DNA of 64,000 nucleotides from Mobula hypostoma (taxonomy: Eukaryota): contig NC_086108.1 of the NCBI RefSeq assembly GCF_963921235.1, forward strand, positions 101,434,001-101,498,000, read 5' to 3'. Positions 1 to 12,605 of this stretch are shown piece after piece; positions within the stretch are counted from its first letter, which is position 1, and every line of letters begins with the position of its first letter. Position numbers and translations under genes: made by a program. The notes under the pieces were generated by a model that was not told the DNA's origin, made no database searches, and saw only the letters and a program-made list of their open reading frames with translations.

Positions 1-962
1 GTCTCCATAGTCTCCTTAATTTCCATAGAAACTTCAGGTATCCGGTCAAAATGGTGGCAGAGAACATTTTCTAGATGGCCAATCTCTTTGATTATTTCAC
101 TTTCTCTACATCTTCTGCTTGTTCTTTTTGTCTTGATTGTGTTTCGGAAACTGTTGAAGCTTGTGCAGTTTGGAATTTGATCAAATGACCTAGTGCTCTG
201 TAGTATCTGGAGAGCACTGAGAGCACGAGGTGCCTCGTGGCGAGACCAGCGATCAGGCGCGAGGCCATGATCGACTCCATTTTAAAGTGTCATGGAAGAC
301 TGGAGCATTGAGTTGAATGTGGAGGAGATCAGCATTCACTCTCTACAGAGGCCACGAGGTTGATGGCATAGCCGGGTCGGCAGCGTTTGGATCTGCGAGA
401 TGGTTGCTCTTCACGGAACCACTGTGTTTGTGCGGCTGTCTCCTCGATGCTGATTGGTGAATGATTTTAAAATTCGGAAATTTATGTGATCATTGGATTG
501 CAGTTTATATTGGTCTCCTTCAGTTTTCTGTGTTTTCTTTCTTGTTGCTGATTGGTGGATATTACTTTTGTGTGAGGGCAGGGGTTGGCGATTTGGGATC
601 TGATGTTCTTGTTAGTGTTTTTTTTTGTGCGAGCAATCTGTATGTGAGAGAGTGGTTGGGAGTTTGATGCTATCGTAACGGTTCATTTTTTGCAAGGGAG
701 GGGTTGGGGGCTTGATGTTATTGTCTCTAACTTTTTAGAGAGGGAGGGGCTGTTGGTTAGGGGTTTGAAGTTCCAGCTGCCATTTTCAGTGTCTGAAATC
801 TATTCATTTTTTTCGTGATGGAGGAGATAGCGGGGTTGTGCTTTGAAAGATTTGGTTCTTTATCGTTTACTTTTTCGTGCAGGGAGCTAATGTATTTTCT
901 TTCAACAAAGCCCATGCTTTTTTTCCTTTATTTAACAGCTATCTGGAGAAGACAAACATCAG

Positions 963-1249
963 CACAAAAATTGCTGGTGAACGCAGCAGGCCAGGCAGCA
1001 TCTATAAGAAGAGGTACAGTCGACGTTTCGGGCTGAGACCCTTCGTCAGGACTAACTGAAAGAAGAGGTAGTAAGAGATTTGAAAGTGGGAGGGGGAGTA
1101 TTACCTCTTCTTTCAGTTAGTCCTGACAAAGTGTCTCGGCCCGAAACATCGACTGTACCTCTTCCTATAGATGCGGCCTGGCCTGTGTTCACCAGTACTT
1201 TTTATGTTTTGCTTGATCTTCCAGCATCTGCAGATTTCCTCGTGTTTGT
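963..1249. mobile_element. Non-coding Penelope-like (PLE) terminal-repeat inverted pair
   Basis: 963-1098 is the PLE end on minus, 1099-1249 is the PLE end on plus. Degenerate TSD GAAGACAAACATCAG (948-962) / GAAGATAAGTATCAG (1250-1264). Confidence 0.85.
1017..1054 (-). ncRNA. Minimal type I hammerhead ribozyme motif (PLE)
   Basis: Minus strand reads UAGUC-CUGACGA-A-GGGUCUCAGCCC-GAAAC-GUC-GACUG: core boxes intact, stem I UAGUC/GACUG. Confidence 0.75.
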
Positions 1250-1330
1250 GAAGATAAGTATCAGAGTTGTATTGACATGCATACTTTGACAATAAGATGA
1301 ACCTTTGAACCTTTGAGATACCAGGGTCAT

Positions 1331-1569
1331 ACACATTGAATGTTCTATCTTTGTCACCAAAAACAACAATAATGTATAATTAAATGGAGCCATTTAATGT
1401 AAAAAGATACATCTATGACATTGAAGAAGAACAGTAAAGTTGGAAAGGGAGGCCTAGCAGAGGATGGCAAGGCCAGCTGACCACAAGACTGGTCAGGGAA
1501 AAATATTCATGGAACATAGAGCATGGAACTTAGAACAGGCAGCAAAATAAGACCTTTGGCTCAAGGTGT
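1331..1569 (+). repeat. Diverged direct repeat, copy 1 (copy 2 at ~4122-4361)
   Basis: Shared blocks such as GGAGCCATTTAATGT..AAAGATACATCTATGACATT..AAGAAGAACAGTAAAGTTGGAAA and CAGCTGACCACAAG.CTGGTCAGGGAAAAA. Confidence 0.85.
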
Positions 1570-1645
1570 TCCAAGGTCAATCAATGCCTTTCATGCTTGT
1601 TTTGAAAGGGAGAATAAAACTACTGCTGTGAGGATCGCTACAGAA

Positions 1646-3455
1646 CCTGGTAAGGCTCTGAAAACCTGTGCCAACTAACTGGCGGGGGTGCTCAAAGACC
1701 TTTTCAATCTCTCACTGCTACAGTCAGAAGTTCCCACCGGCTTTAAAAGGGCAACAATTATACCAGTGGCCAAGAAGAGTAGTGCAAGCTGCCTTAACAA
1801 CTATTGTCCAACAGCCCTCACATCTACAGTGATGAAGTGCTTTGAGGGTTTGGTCATGGCTAGAATCAACCCTGCCTTAGCAACAACCTGGATCTATCGC
1901 CACAATAGCTGGGCACGATCTTGTAGGCTCTTCATGTGGCCTTGGATCTCCTGGAAAATATAAATTCCCAATGCCTACGTCAGAATAGTGTTCATTGACT
2001 ACAGCTCAGCACTTAACACCATCATTCCCTCACTTCTGATTGAAAAGTTCCAGAACCTGTGCCTCTGTATCTCTCTCTGCAACTGGATCCTTGACTTCCT
2101 AAGCGGAAGACCACAATCGGAGCAGATTGGAAATAACATCCCAGCCTTGCTGACAATCAATACTGATGCACCTCAAGGATGTATTGGAAATAACACCTGG
2201 AGTATTGTGTGCAGTTTTGGTCCCCTGATCTGAGAAAAGACATCCTTGCCATAGAGGGAGTACGAAGAAGGTTCACCAGATTGATTCCTGGGATGACAGG
2301 ACTTTCATATGATGAAAGACTGGATCGACTAGGCTTATACTCGCTGGAATTTAGAAGATTGAGGGGGAAATCTTATTGAAACGTATAAAATTCTAAAGGG
2401 ATTGGACAGGCTAGATGCAAGAAGATTGTTCCCGATGTTGGGGAAGTCCAGAACGAGGGGTCACAGTTTAAGGATAAAGGGGAAGCCTTTCAGGACTGAG
2501 ATGGGGAAAAACTTACAGAGAGAGGTGAATCTGTAGAATTCTCTGCCACAGGAAACAGTTGAGGCCAGTTCATTGGCTATATTTAAGAGGGAGTTAGATA
2601 TGGCCCTTGTGGCTAAAGGGATCGGGGGTATGGCGAGAAGGCAGGTACAGGGTTCTGAGTTGAATGATCAGCCATGATCATACTGAATGGCGGTGCAGGC
2701 TCGAAAGGCCAAATGGCCTACTCCTGCACCTATTTTCTATGTTTCTATGTGTGCTTAGCCCAGTGCTCTACTCTCCCTACACCCATGATTGTGTGGCATT
2801 ATTAATGCCATCTATAAATTTGCTGACAACACAACCATTGTTGGCAGACTTTCAGTTGGTGTTGAGATGGCATGGTAGAGTGAGATATACCAGATAATTC
2901 AGTGGTGTCATAGTGATAACCTGCATTCAACATCAGTAAGACCAAAGAGCTGATCATGGACTTCAGAAAGGGTTAGATGAGGGAACACACACCAGCCTTG
3001 CAGAGGGACCAGAAGTGGAGAGAGTGAACAATTTCCTGAGCAAGTTTCTGGGTGTCAATACCTCTGAGGACCTAACCTGACATATTGATGCAGCTATAAC
3101 AAAGGCAAGATGTCATTAGAATTTTGAGGAGATTTGGTATATCACCTAAAACACTCGGAAATTTCTACAGTTGTACCACAGAGAGCATTCTGACTGACCC
3201 TGTCACTGTCTGATATGGGGGGGGGGGGGAGTCGAAGTAGGCTGCAGAGAGTTGCAAAATTCATCAGCTCCATCATGGCTACTAGCCTCTGTATTATCCA
3301 AGACATCTTCCAGGAGTGGTACCTCAAAAAGGCAGTGTCCATCAATAAGGACCCCCCACCACCTAGAAAATCCCTCTTCTCAGGAAGGAAGTATAGAAGC
3401 CTGAAGGCACACACTCAACAATTCAGGAACAGCTTCTTCCCCTTTGCCATCTGAA
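1646..3455 (+). mobile_element. Rex1/Babar-type LINE, decayed RT region
   Basis: Peptides [49 protein letters not shown] and C-terminal FRNSFFP; multiple frameshifts. Confidence 0.85.
2193..2750 (+). mobile_element. CR1 LINE 3' fragment nested in Rex1
   Basis: [11 protein letters not shown]...RRFTRLIPG coding remnant, CR1 3' UTR and (TTTCTATG)n tail. It splits the host GAPQGC/VLSPVLY motif. Confidence 0.85.
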
Positions 3456-3472
3456 TGTACAGGACTTAAAAA

Positions 3473-3697
3473 AACACAACCTCGCTGTATTTCACTTTAC
3501 ACGCTTATGATGAAAAGGATCAGTCTCTGACATGTCCAATGTTGCCAAGGTTTCTTTCTTTGTGACTCTGCCTGACAGATTGGAAGACAACGGTATTTGG
3601 GTTGCAGTAACAGTAGCAGTTATTGTATGTTTTGATTATAGGGATTACCAGTTACGTTGTTGCAGAAAAAAATGCAAAAACAAAAGGCTGCCAGTAG
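3473..3697 (+). pseudogene. CLCA-like (calcium-activated chloride channel regulator) last-exon remnant with transmembrane helix; two frameshifts
   Basis: Reconstructs to NTTSLYFTLHAYDEKDQ/SDMSNVAKVSFFVTLPDRLEDNGIWVAVTVAVIVC/LIIGITSYVV. This resembles the CLCA C-terminus as I recall it (NGTDLFIAIQAVDKVDLKSEISNIARVSLFIP), followed by a hydrophobic segment. Recognised by eye only. Confidence 0.65.
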
Positions 3698-4121
3698 CAG
3701 CAGCTGCCTACGGTTACTTATCTAAGGATTACTTTACTCGGAGTCATTATTGCTGCTGAGTAGTTGAAGATTAAACCATTTGTCTGATATTTTCTGAGCC
3801 ATCTATAGTCATTTCCAGACAATTGGAAGATCTCCCTTGGAAATTCAATCCAGATTAATTACTTAGCCTCTTAGGAATGATGGGAAGATTGCATGCTTTA
3901 GATTGGAAACACTGTTATTGGAGGAGGATGTGGTTTTTCTACTGGGGTAGAATCTGTATTATTGAATAATCCTGATGTACCTCTGTATCAATAAAAACAG
4001 TATTTTCTGAAATGGTAGCATTACTTTACTCATTTTCTGATACCACCTTTTAGGAGTTCATAATGAAGTTTATTTTTTGGAGTCTGCTGAGTCTCTATAG
4101 AAACTTCAAATACTTGTCTTA

Positions 4122-4361
4122 CACACTGAAGATTCCATCTTCGTCACCAGTAACAGCAATCATTTATAATTAGGTGGAGCCATTTAATGTCAAAAGATAC
4201 ATCTATGACATTCAAGAAGAACAGTAAAGTTGGAAACAGGGTCCAAACAGAGGATGGAGAGGGCAGCTGACCACAAGCCTGGTCAGGGAAAAAATATTCA
4301 TGGAACATAGAGCATGGATCAGAGAACAGATGGCAAAAATACAGGCCTTCAGCCCAAGGTG
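4122..4361 (+). repeat. Diverged direct repeat, copy 2
   Basis: Aligns by eye with 1331-1569. Confidence 0.85.
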
Positions 4362-4810
4362 TGTATTGACCCTTTAATTTACTCCAAGATCAATCTAACT
4401 CTCCCCTCCTGCTTCATCCTTCATTTTTCTTTCATCCATGTTCCCTTTAAGAGCATCTTAAATGCTGCTAATCACTCTATCACTATCCCTGGCAGCATGT
4501 TCCCCGCACTCAGTGTAAAAATAAACCTACCCCTGATATCCCCCTGTATTTTCCTTCCAACACCTTAAAGGTATGCCCCTTGTATTAACCATTTGCATTC
4601 TTGGAAAAGAAAGTTTCTGGCTACCCAATTGATCTATGCCTCTTATTTTGGGCATTTATATCAAGTCGCCTCTCTTTATCCTTCTCTCTAAAGAGAAAAG
4701 CCCTAGTTCATTAAAACTCCCCTCATAAGACACGGTCTCTATTCCAGCATCATCCAGGTAAATCTCCCCTGCATCCTCTCGAAAGCTTCCACATCCTTCC
4801 TATAATGAGA
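4300..4810 (-). mobile_element. Old CR1 3' fragment
   Basis: Reverse-complement similarity to the CR1 3' region seen at 27003-27470 and 55828-56950. Confidence 0.7.
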
Positions 4811-7216
4811 AGTTTTACATGCAAAAGAAAGACTAAACCAGCAATAAATTTCTAAATGAAAGGGGATTGAGAGAAACTATAATCTAAAAACAAGATATTA
4901 AGTAAAATAGGGAGGACATTAGAAAACAAAGGAACATATTTGCATATTATTTATTTATAATGGTAAGAACATCCCATTCTATTGAGTGATTACTAGAAGT
5001 TTGTGCAACTGAGTATAATTAGATTAATCTTCCGAAATGACAATTATTTAAATGAGAGACTATTTCCGAACAAGAAGCTGGACTGCTGGCAGGGGGCTTG
5101 GCTGTGGAAACGGAGCAGCAGTTGGGCGTGACGGAAAGAGGTCTTGAGTGGGCACATGCGTGAATGTGGTTGCGGAACTTGTTGAGGGAAAGAGAGTGGG
5201 GAAGGAGCGGGAATTGCTGGGAGGGGGTCGCGCGGGTCCGGTAATGGCGGACAAGGCGAGGTGGGGGTTGAGGGAAAGAGTGGGATAGGGATTTGGGATC
5301 AGAGGTAGGCAGCTGGGGAAAAATGGATTATTGTGAAGGGAGAAATAAAGGGAATGAGGAGTTAGTGAGGGAGCCTCCATCTACAGGAAACAACTCGATT
5401 ACATCCTCATAAGAACAAAATGACGTAATTGTGTGATTGACACAGAAGCCTACAGCACCTTCAACTCGGTCAGTTCTGACCACAGAGTAGTGTCAATGCA
5501 AGTGAGACTGAGCCTGCGGCAACCCAAAGCCACAGGTCCCAAAGAGAAGGTAGACTGGAAGGCATTCTCCTCACAAACTATTCTTCAAGCCCAGTACACA
5601 GTGGAGCTGAGAAATCGCTTCGGCTCACTGGAAAGGGGGGAGGAAGAGACTGCCACCGACCGCTACCAATGGCTCATAGACGCACACACAGATGCAACAA
5701 AGAGCTTGCCTACTGTGAAGCGAATCAAGATGAGTCGGATCTCGAAACATCCTGATGTCATCGCAGCAAGAAGTGTGGTCAATGCTTGTCATGCTGGATT
5801 TAGAAGGAGTGAAACAGAAGAGCTGAGAGACAAGTTCAAGACAGCAAAGAAGAATCTCTTTGCCACCTATGACCGACTGAAGGAAGAGGAACTATCTGAC
5901 AGGGTTAGAGAGATAGAAGCGGCTAATGAAGACATGCAGCATGGAGAAGCATGGCACCTAGTCAACGAGATCAGTAGATGGAAGAAGTCCCCATCAGGTC
6001 AACTAAGTGGTAAAACAGCAGAGGACTGTGTCCTGACATGGTTTACCCACTTTAAGAACCTGCTGGGAAGCCCTCCGATCACAGAAGAAGAAGAGGACAT
6101 ACCCATGGTACTAATGCAAGTCGATATCGATGACGGCCCATTCACCATTGAGGAACTGAAGAAGGCCAAATATGCACTCAAACAGGGCAGGAGTGCTGGA
6201 CCAGATGGGATACCACCAGATGTCCTGAAGAACTGCGACCTGGACGACATCTTGCTGGACATATGTAATATGGCACTGATGAAAGGCGACAAACCAGAAC
6301 AATGGTCACTCTCAAACATTATCCCAGTCCCCAAGTCTGGATCCCTCACAAAGACAGATAACTACCGCGGTATCAGCTTGATCTTAGCAAAATTATACAA
6401 TCGGATGATCTAGAACAGGATTCGCACCACCATTGACCCTAAGCCAAGATTCAATCAGAATGGTTTTCGGCAGAAGCGCACAACAGTAATGCAAATACTT
6501 GCTCTCCGTAGGATCATTGAGGAAGTCAAGAAGAACAACCTACCAGCCGTGCTTACTTACATCAATTTTCGCAAAGCTTTTGACTTCATTCACCGAGGTA
6601 AAATGCTGAAGATCCTGAAAGCTTACGGAGTGCCAGACCGTCTACTGAGAGCAACAGAGTCCAGCTATACTAAAACCATGGTGAAAGATGTATCACCAGA
6701 CGGTGAAACAGCAGTGTTCGAGCTCCTGGCTGGAGTGCTGTAAGGAGACACTCTGGCACCCTACATCTTTATAATCATACTTGATTACGCTCTGCGTCAA
6801 GCTACCAAAGGTCATGACAAGCTTGGTCTTACCATAAAACCATGGCGAACCAAAAGGCTTAAACCAGTAACGCTCACAGATCTCAATTTTGCAGATGACA
6901 TAGTCCTGCTCTCTGACCAGATGGAGGAAGCACAGCAGCTACTGACAAAAGTGGAAATTGAGTGCAATAAAGTTGGACTTCACCTAAACGCCAAAAAGAC
7001 AGAGTACATGGCGTTTAACTGTGACGAAGGTACTCTCAGCTCTGTAGAGAAAGTTCAGAGAAGGACATAAAGATACGGAAGGCGCTGGCGTGGAGGGCTA
7101 TGAACGACACGAAGGAAATCTGGAAGTCAAACCTGACCAGAGGGCTTAAAGAGAGCAACATACATCAAAGTTGCTGGTGAACGCAGCAGGCCAAGCAGCA
7201 TCTATAGGAAGAGGTG

Positions 7217-7254
7217 CAGTTGACGTTTCAGGCCAAGACCCTTCGTCAGGACTA
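7217..7254 (-). ncRNA. Minimal hammerhead ribozyme motif (PLE)
   Basis: UAGUC-CUGACGA-AGGGUCUUGGCCU-GAAACGUC-AACUG; core intact, one stem I mismatch. Confidence 0.6.
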
Positions 7255-7547
7255 ACTGAAGGAAGAGTGAGTAAGGGATTTGAAAGCTGGAGGGGGAGGG
7301 GGAGATGCAAAATGATAAGAGAAGACAGGAGGGGGAGGGATAGAGCTGAGAGCTGGACAGGTGATAGGCAAAAGGGGATACGAGAGGATCATGGGACAGG
7401 AGGTCCGGGAAGAAAGACAAGGGGGGGGTGACCCAGAGGATGGGCAAGAGGTATATTCAGAGGGACAGAGGGAGAAAAAGGAGAGTGAGAGAAAGAATGT
7501 GTGCATAAAAATGAGTAACAGATGGGGTACGAGGGGGAGGTGGGGCC

Positions 7548-7874
7548 TTAGCAGAAGTTAGAGAAGTCGATGTTCATGCCATCAGGTTGGAGGCTACCCA
7601 GACGGAATATAAGGTGTTGTTCCTCCAACCTGAGTGTGGCTTCATCTTTACAGTAGAGGAGGCCGTGGATAGACATGTCAGAATGGGAATGGGATGTGGA
7701 ATTAAAATGTGTGGCCACTGGGAGATCCTGCTTTCTCTGGCGGACAGAGCGTAGATGTTCAGCAAAGCGGTCTCCCAGTCTGCGTCGGGTCTCACCAATA
7801 TATAAAAGGCCACATCGGGAGCACCGGACACAGTATATCACCCCAGTCGACTCACAGGTGAAGTGATGCCTCAC
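7548..7874 (-). CDS. PLE GIY-YIG (Uri) endonuclease domain fragment
   Basis: FTCESTGVIYCVRCSRCGLLYIGETRRRLGDRFAEH...EQHLIFRLGSLQPDGMN. Confidence 0.85.
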   Translation of the reverse strand: MRHHFTCESTGVIYCVRCSRCGLLYIGETRRRLGDRFAEHLRSVRQRKQDLPVATHFNSTSHSHSDMSIHGLLYCKDEATLRLEEQHLIFRLGSLQPDGMNIDFSNFC

Positions 7875-8641
7875 CTGGAAGGACTGTTTGGGGCCCTGAA
7901 TGGTGGTAAGGGAGGAAGTGTAAGGGCATGTGTAGCACTTGTTCCGCTTACACGGATAAGTGCCAGGAGGGAGATCAGTGGGGAGGGATGGGGGGGACGA
8001 ATGGACAAGGGAGTTGTGTAGGGAGCGATCCCTGTGGAATGCAGGGGGGGGGAGGGAAAGATGTGCTTAGTGGTGGGATCCCGTTGGAGGTGGCGGAAGT
8101 TACGGAGAATAATATGTTGGACCCGAAGAGAGGATTTGCATAGCAGTCATAGAGTCCATTCTCACGTATGGATGCGAGACGTGAACACTCACCAAGACGA
8201 TGTGAAAGTCTCTAGATGGTTGCTATACACGAATGCTCCGGATGGCTCTTGATGTGAGTTGGCAACAGCACATGACGAACGTCGAGCTCTATAACAACCT
8301 ACCGATGCTCACCACTAAAATCGAGGTGAGAAGACTGCAACTAGCAGGGCACTGCCTATGCCACCCCGAGCTACCTGCCAGCCTAGTCATCATATGGGAG
8401 CCCAAGCACGGGAGGATGAACCCTGGGCACCCTCCCAAGACTATGGTCAACACGCTCCTAGAAGACAGCGGCGTGGCTAATGTAGATGAATTGAACACAC
8501 TGATGAGGGAGAGGAAGAAGTGGAGAGTCCATCATCGTGCCCGACGCCAGCCCCCTAGGTCTGAGCTGACGTAGTAGTAGTAGCAGTAGTAGAGGGGACG
8601 GATGAAGGAAAACCGAGACAAAGGGAACAAAAGATTAAGAA

Positions 8642-11281
8642 ATGACAGTGGAGAGAGCTCTGAAAGTGAGGAAGATAAGTTCAGAGAGAAAGTGTCACAT
8701 GAAGAAAATTAACCCATTTGTGCTAACAACAACTCTGGCAAATAAGATAGGGGAAATAGTATTTGCAAAAGTCCTTAATAATGGCAACCTACTGGTAAGA
8801 TGTGCGAATGAGGAACAACTTGAGAAAGCACTCAAGCTAAAAGAGATAAGAAAATGCAAGGTGGAATACACAGGGAGGGTGGGAGCACAAAATGGCGGTG
8901 GATGTAAAGGAGTGATCTTGGGGGTACCAATGGGTATAAATATGGAGGAGTTAAAGAGGAATATCAAAGGAGGAAGAGTAATGAATGTTCAAAGACAGAA
9001 AACAACAAAGGAGGGAGTGAAAAAGGAAAGTGAAACAGTATTCATCAAAGTTGCTGGTGAATGCAGCAGGCCAGGCAGCATCTCTAGGAAGAGGTACAGT
9101 CGACATTTCAGGCCAAGACCCTTCATCAGGACTAACTGAAGGGAGAGTTAGTAAGAGATTTGAAAGTGGGAGGGGGAGGGGGAGATCCAAAATGATAGGA
9201 GAAGACAGGAGGGGGAGGGATGGAGCCAAGAGCTGGACAGGTGATTGGCAAAGGGGATATGAGAGGATCATGGGACAGGAGGCCCGGGGTGAAAGAAAGG
9301 GGGAGGGGGGAAGCCCAGAGGATGGGCAAGGGGTATAGTCAGAGGGACAGAGGGAGAAAAAGAAGAGTGAGAGAAAGAATGTGTGTATAAAGATAAATAA
9401 CGGATGGGGTACGAGAGGGAGGTGGGGCATTAGCGGAAGTTAGAGAAGTCAATGTTCATGCCATCAGGTTGTAGGCTACCCAGACGGAATATAAGGTGTT
9501 GTTCCTCCAACCTGAGTGTGGCTTCATCTTTACAGTAGAGGAGGCCGTGGATAGACATGTCAGAATGGGAATGGGACGTGGAATTAAAATGTGTGGCCAC
9601 TGGGAGATCCTGCTTTCTCTGGTGGACAGAGCGTAGGTGTTCAGCAAAACGATCTCCCAGTCTGCGTCGGGTCTCGCCAATATATAGAAGGCCACATCGG
9701 GAGGACCGGATGCAGTATATCACCCCAGCCGACTCACAGGTGAAGTGTCGCCTCACTGGAAGGACTGTCTGGGGCCCTGAATGGTGGTAAGGGAGGAAGT
9801 GTAAGGGCATGTGTAGCACTTGTTTCGCTTACAAGGATAAGTGCCAGGAGGGAGATCAGTGGGGAGGGATGGGGGGGACGAATGGACAAGGGAGTCGCGT
9901 AGGGAGCGATCCCTGCGGAAAGCGGGGGGGGGGGGAAGGGAAAGATGTGCTTAGTGGTGGGATCCCATTGGAGGTGGTGGAAGTTACGGAGAATAATATG
10001 TTGGACCCGGAGGCTGGTGGGGTGGTAGGCGAGGACCAGGGGAACCCTATTTCTAGTGGGGTGGTGGGAGGATGGAGTGAGAGCAGGTGTGCGTGAAATG
10101 GGGGAGATGCGTTTGAGAGCAGAGTTGATGGTGGAGAAAGGGAAGCCCCTTTCTTTAAAAAAGGAGGACATCTCCCTCGTCCTGGAATGAAAAGCCTCAT
10201 CCTGAGAGCAGATGCGCAGAGACAGAGGAATTGCGAGGAGGGGATGGCATTTTGCTGTGGCGGAGACGGAGGCGGATGGAGACGATCAACTCTGCTCTCA
10301 AACGCATCTCCCTCATTTCAAGCACATCTGCTCTCACTCCATCCTCCCGCCACCCCACTAGGAATAGGGTTCCCCTGGTCCTCACCTACCACCCCACCAG
10401 CCTCCGGGTCCAACATATTATTCTCCGTAACTTCCGCCACCTCCAACGGGATCCAACCACTAAGCACATCTTTCCCTTCCCCTCTCTCTCTCTGCTTTCC
10501 GCAGGGATCGCTCCCTACGCGACTCCCTTATCCATTCGTCCCCCCCATCCCTCCCATCCTGTCCCATGATCCTCTCATATCCCCTTTGCCAATCACCTGT
10601 CCAGCTCTTGGCTCCATCCCTCCCCCTCCTGTCTTCTCCTATCATTTTGGATCTCCCCCTCCCCCTCCCACTTTCAAATCTCTTACTAACTCTTCCTTCA
10701 GTTAGTCCTGACGAAGGGTCTCGGCCTGAAACATCGACTGTACCTCTTCCTAGAGATGCTGCCTTGCCTGCTGCGTTCACCAGCAACTTTGATGTGTGTT
10801 GCTTGAATTTCCAGCATCTGCAGAATTCCTGTTGTTTGTGAAACAGTATTGATTGAATTTGAAGAAGAAGAGTGCCAAGGAAGGTGTTTCTGGGTTTCAT
10901 GAATTTCCCAGTAACGGTGTATGTGCCAAAGCCATTGAGGTGCTATAATTGTCAAAGGTTTGGACACGTAGCTAAAAACTGTAAAAGGCAGAGGAGATGT
11001 GCTAGATGTGGGGGTGATCATGAATATGGAAAGTGCGGAACAGGAGTTCAACCAAAATGCTGCAATTGTGGAGGAGCTCATAGTGTTGCATATAGTGGGT
11101 GTGAGGTTATGAGACGGGAGAATAAAATTCAAGAAATAAGATTGAAAAGAAAGATCACTTATGCAGAAGCTGTGAGAATGTCAAGAGAACAGAATAATGC
11201 TCCTAATGAACAAGGAGCAATAAGGAAGTAAGGGAGAACCTCACTAATCAGTCAAGCCAGAAAGTGTTATGGGTTGGTTAA
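8642..11281 (+). pseudogene. Nimb ORF1 (gag-like, CCHC knuckles), split by a PLE at 9043-10837
   Basis: KKINPFVLTTTL...KKESETV continues after the insertion as LIEFEE..PRKVFLGF..PKPLRCYNCQRFGHVAKNCKRQRRCARCGGDH..CCNCGGAH. Confidence 0.85.
9043..10837. mobile_element. Penelope-like element, tail-out inverted structure
   Basis: Minus arm 9043-~10256 with GIY-YIG ORF 9430-9819; plus arm ~10284-10837 with an internal deletion. Perfect 13-bp TSD GTGAAACAGTATT (9030-9042, 10838-10850). Degenerate hammerheads at 9097-9134(-) and 10703-10740(+). Confidence 0.92.
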
Positions 11282-12605
11282 TATTAATTATGGTGATCCT
11301 TTTGCAATGGAATGCAAAGAGCTTACTGGCCAATAGCCAGGAATTCAAGTAGTTTATTAAAGATATAGTTGTAAAACCGGATGTAGAGTGTATTCAGGAA
11401 ACTTGGTTGAAACCAACTTTAGACTTTGTGGTATATGGGTATACAATGATAAGGAAAGAGAGAAATCTAGGGGGAGGAGGGGGTTGTGCTATGTTAATCA
11501 AGCAAATTATACTCTATAGGGTACTGGAAAAAGGAGATGATTAGGAATACGTAGTGGTTCAAGTGTGGGAGAGAGGGGAGGGAGTGGTTATAATTAACTA
11601 CTACAATCCATGTAAAAGGTTGGATTTGGACGGCCTATTAAGGATACAAGGACAAAACAGACATAAAGTAGTGTAGTGTGCAGATTATAATGCTCACAGC
11701 TCAACATGGGGGGATCCGATTACAGATTCAAATGGAAAGGTAATTGAAGATTTGGTGGAAGAAAGGGGTTTGGTGTGTATGAATGATGGTAGAGGAACAA
11801 GGATAAACATAACAGCAGGAACTGAGTCAGTGTTAGATATTACGTTAGTGTCTAATACCTTGGCTGGCATTAGTAACTGGGGAGTTTGGACTGCTTCAGC
11901 AGTCCGCAGTGATCACTACCCAGTTTTATGTTCAGTGGGTGAAGGGGTTGAAGTAAGACCAGGTGGTGTAATCCCAAAGTGAGTGTTTGGAAAAGCAGAT
12001 TGGGGTAAGTTCCAGAAGCTGAGTGAAGAAGCGTTGACAAAGATTGACATTTCTGGAAATATAGATGAATTAAATAGGTGACTTCAGCAATTATCATGGC
12101 AGTAGAAGGATCTATACCCAGGAGTAAAAAATAGGATGAATAGAAAACTGGTATCATGGTGGACAGAGGAATGTTGTCAGGCTGTAAAAAACAGAAATAG
12201 AGCATTCAGGCTAGTTAAAAGAACCCATAATATGCAGCATTTGATTCAATATAAGAAAGCACAGGCAGTGGTGAGAAGAACTACTGTATACGTCAAGCTA
12301 AAAGGGCAATTTGGAGGAGTTTTTGCAACAAAATAGGAAGAACAACACCTGTGGAAGAGGTATGAGGAATGATTAAGAGGATGGGGGGGGGGGAGATAGA
12401 AGGGAATGGGAATATCCAGTAATGATATCTGAGGAGGAAACAGCAGTCTCCAGTAGGGATAAGGCTGAGATCATGGCCAAGTTATTTGTACAGATACACA
12501 GCTCAGAAAATTTGTCTGAAGAAGGGAGAAGGAGAAGGGAAAGAACAACGAGTCAACGCCCAGGTGTGTTAAACAAGAGGGAAGAAACAGATGATATGAT
12601 TGATG

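Larger units (their letters stand above)
41..1317 (+). mobile_element. Unclassified non-coding (non-autonomous) retroposon with LINE-like 3' tail, interrupted by a PLE
   Basis: Ends in AATAA...GAACCTTTGAACCTTTGA. Its 3' part resembles 41170-41240. Removing it rejoins 1-40 to 1318+, which matches 4090-4360. Confidence 0.45.
7156..8125 (-). mobile_element. Penelope-like element, 5'-truncated, nested in RTE-X
   Basis: GIY-YIG ORF plus terminal repeat; 7-bp TSD AAGAGAG (7149-7155, 8126-8132). The host frame rejoins as GLKERICIAVIESILTYGCET. Confidence 0.9.
5375..8592 (+). mobile_element. RTE/RTE-X-clade LINE, 5'-truncated, nested in the Nimb 5' region
   Basis: APE end (SSDHRVV), AGPDGIP, DNYRGISL, FRKAFD, AGVL*GDTLAP, LNFADDI, RRLQLAGHC; (TAG)n tail at 8571-8592. 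Confidence 0.85.

Noticed and set aside
5360..8600. TSD for the RTE-X element
   Set aside because: Only a loose similarity (AGTGAGGG vs AGTAGAGGG) that merges with the TAG tail; not convincing.
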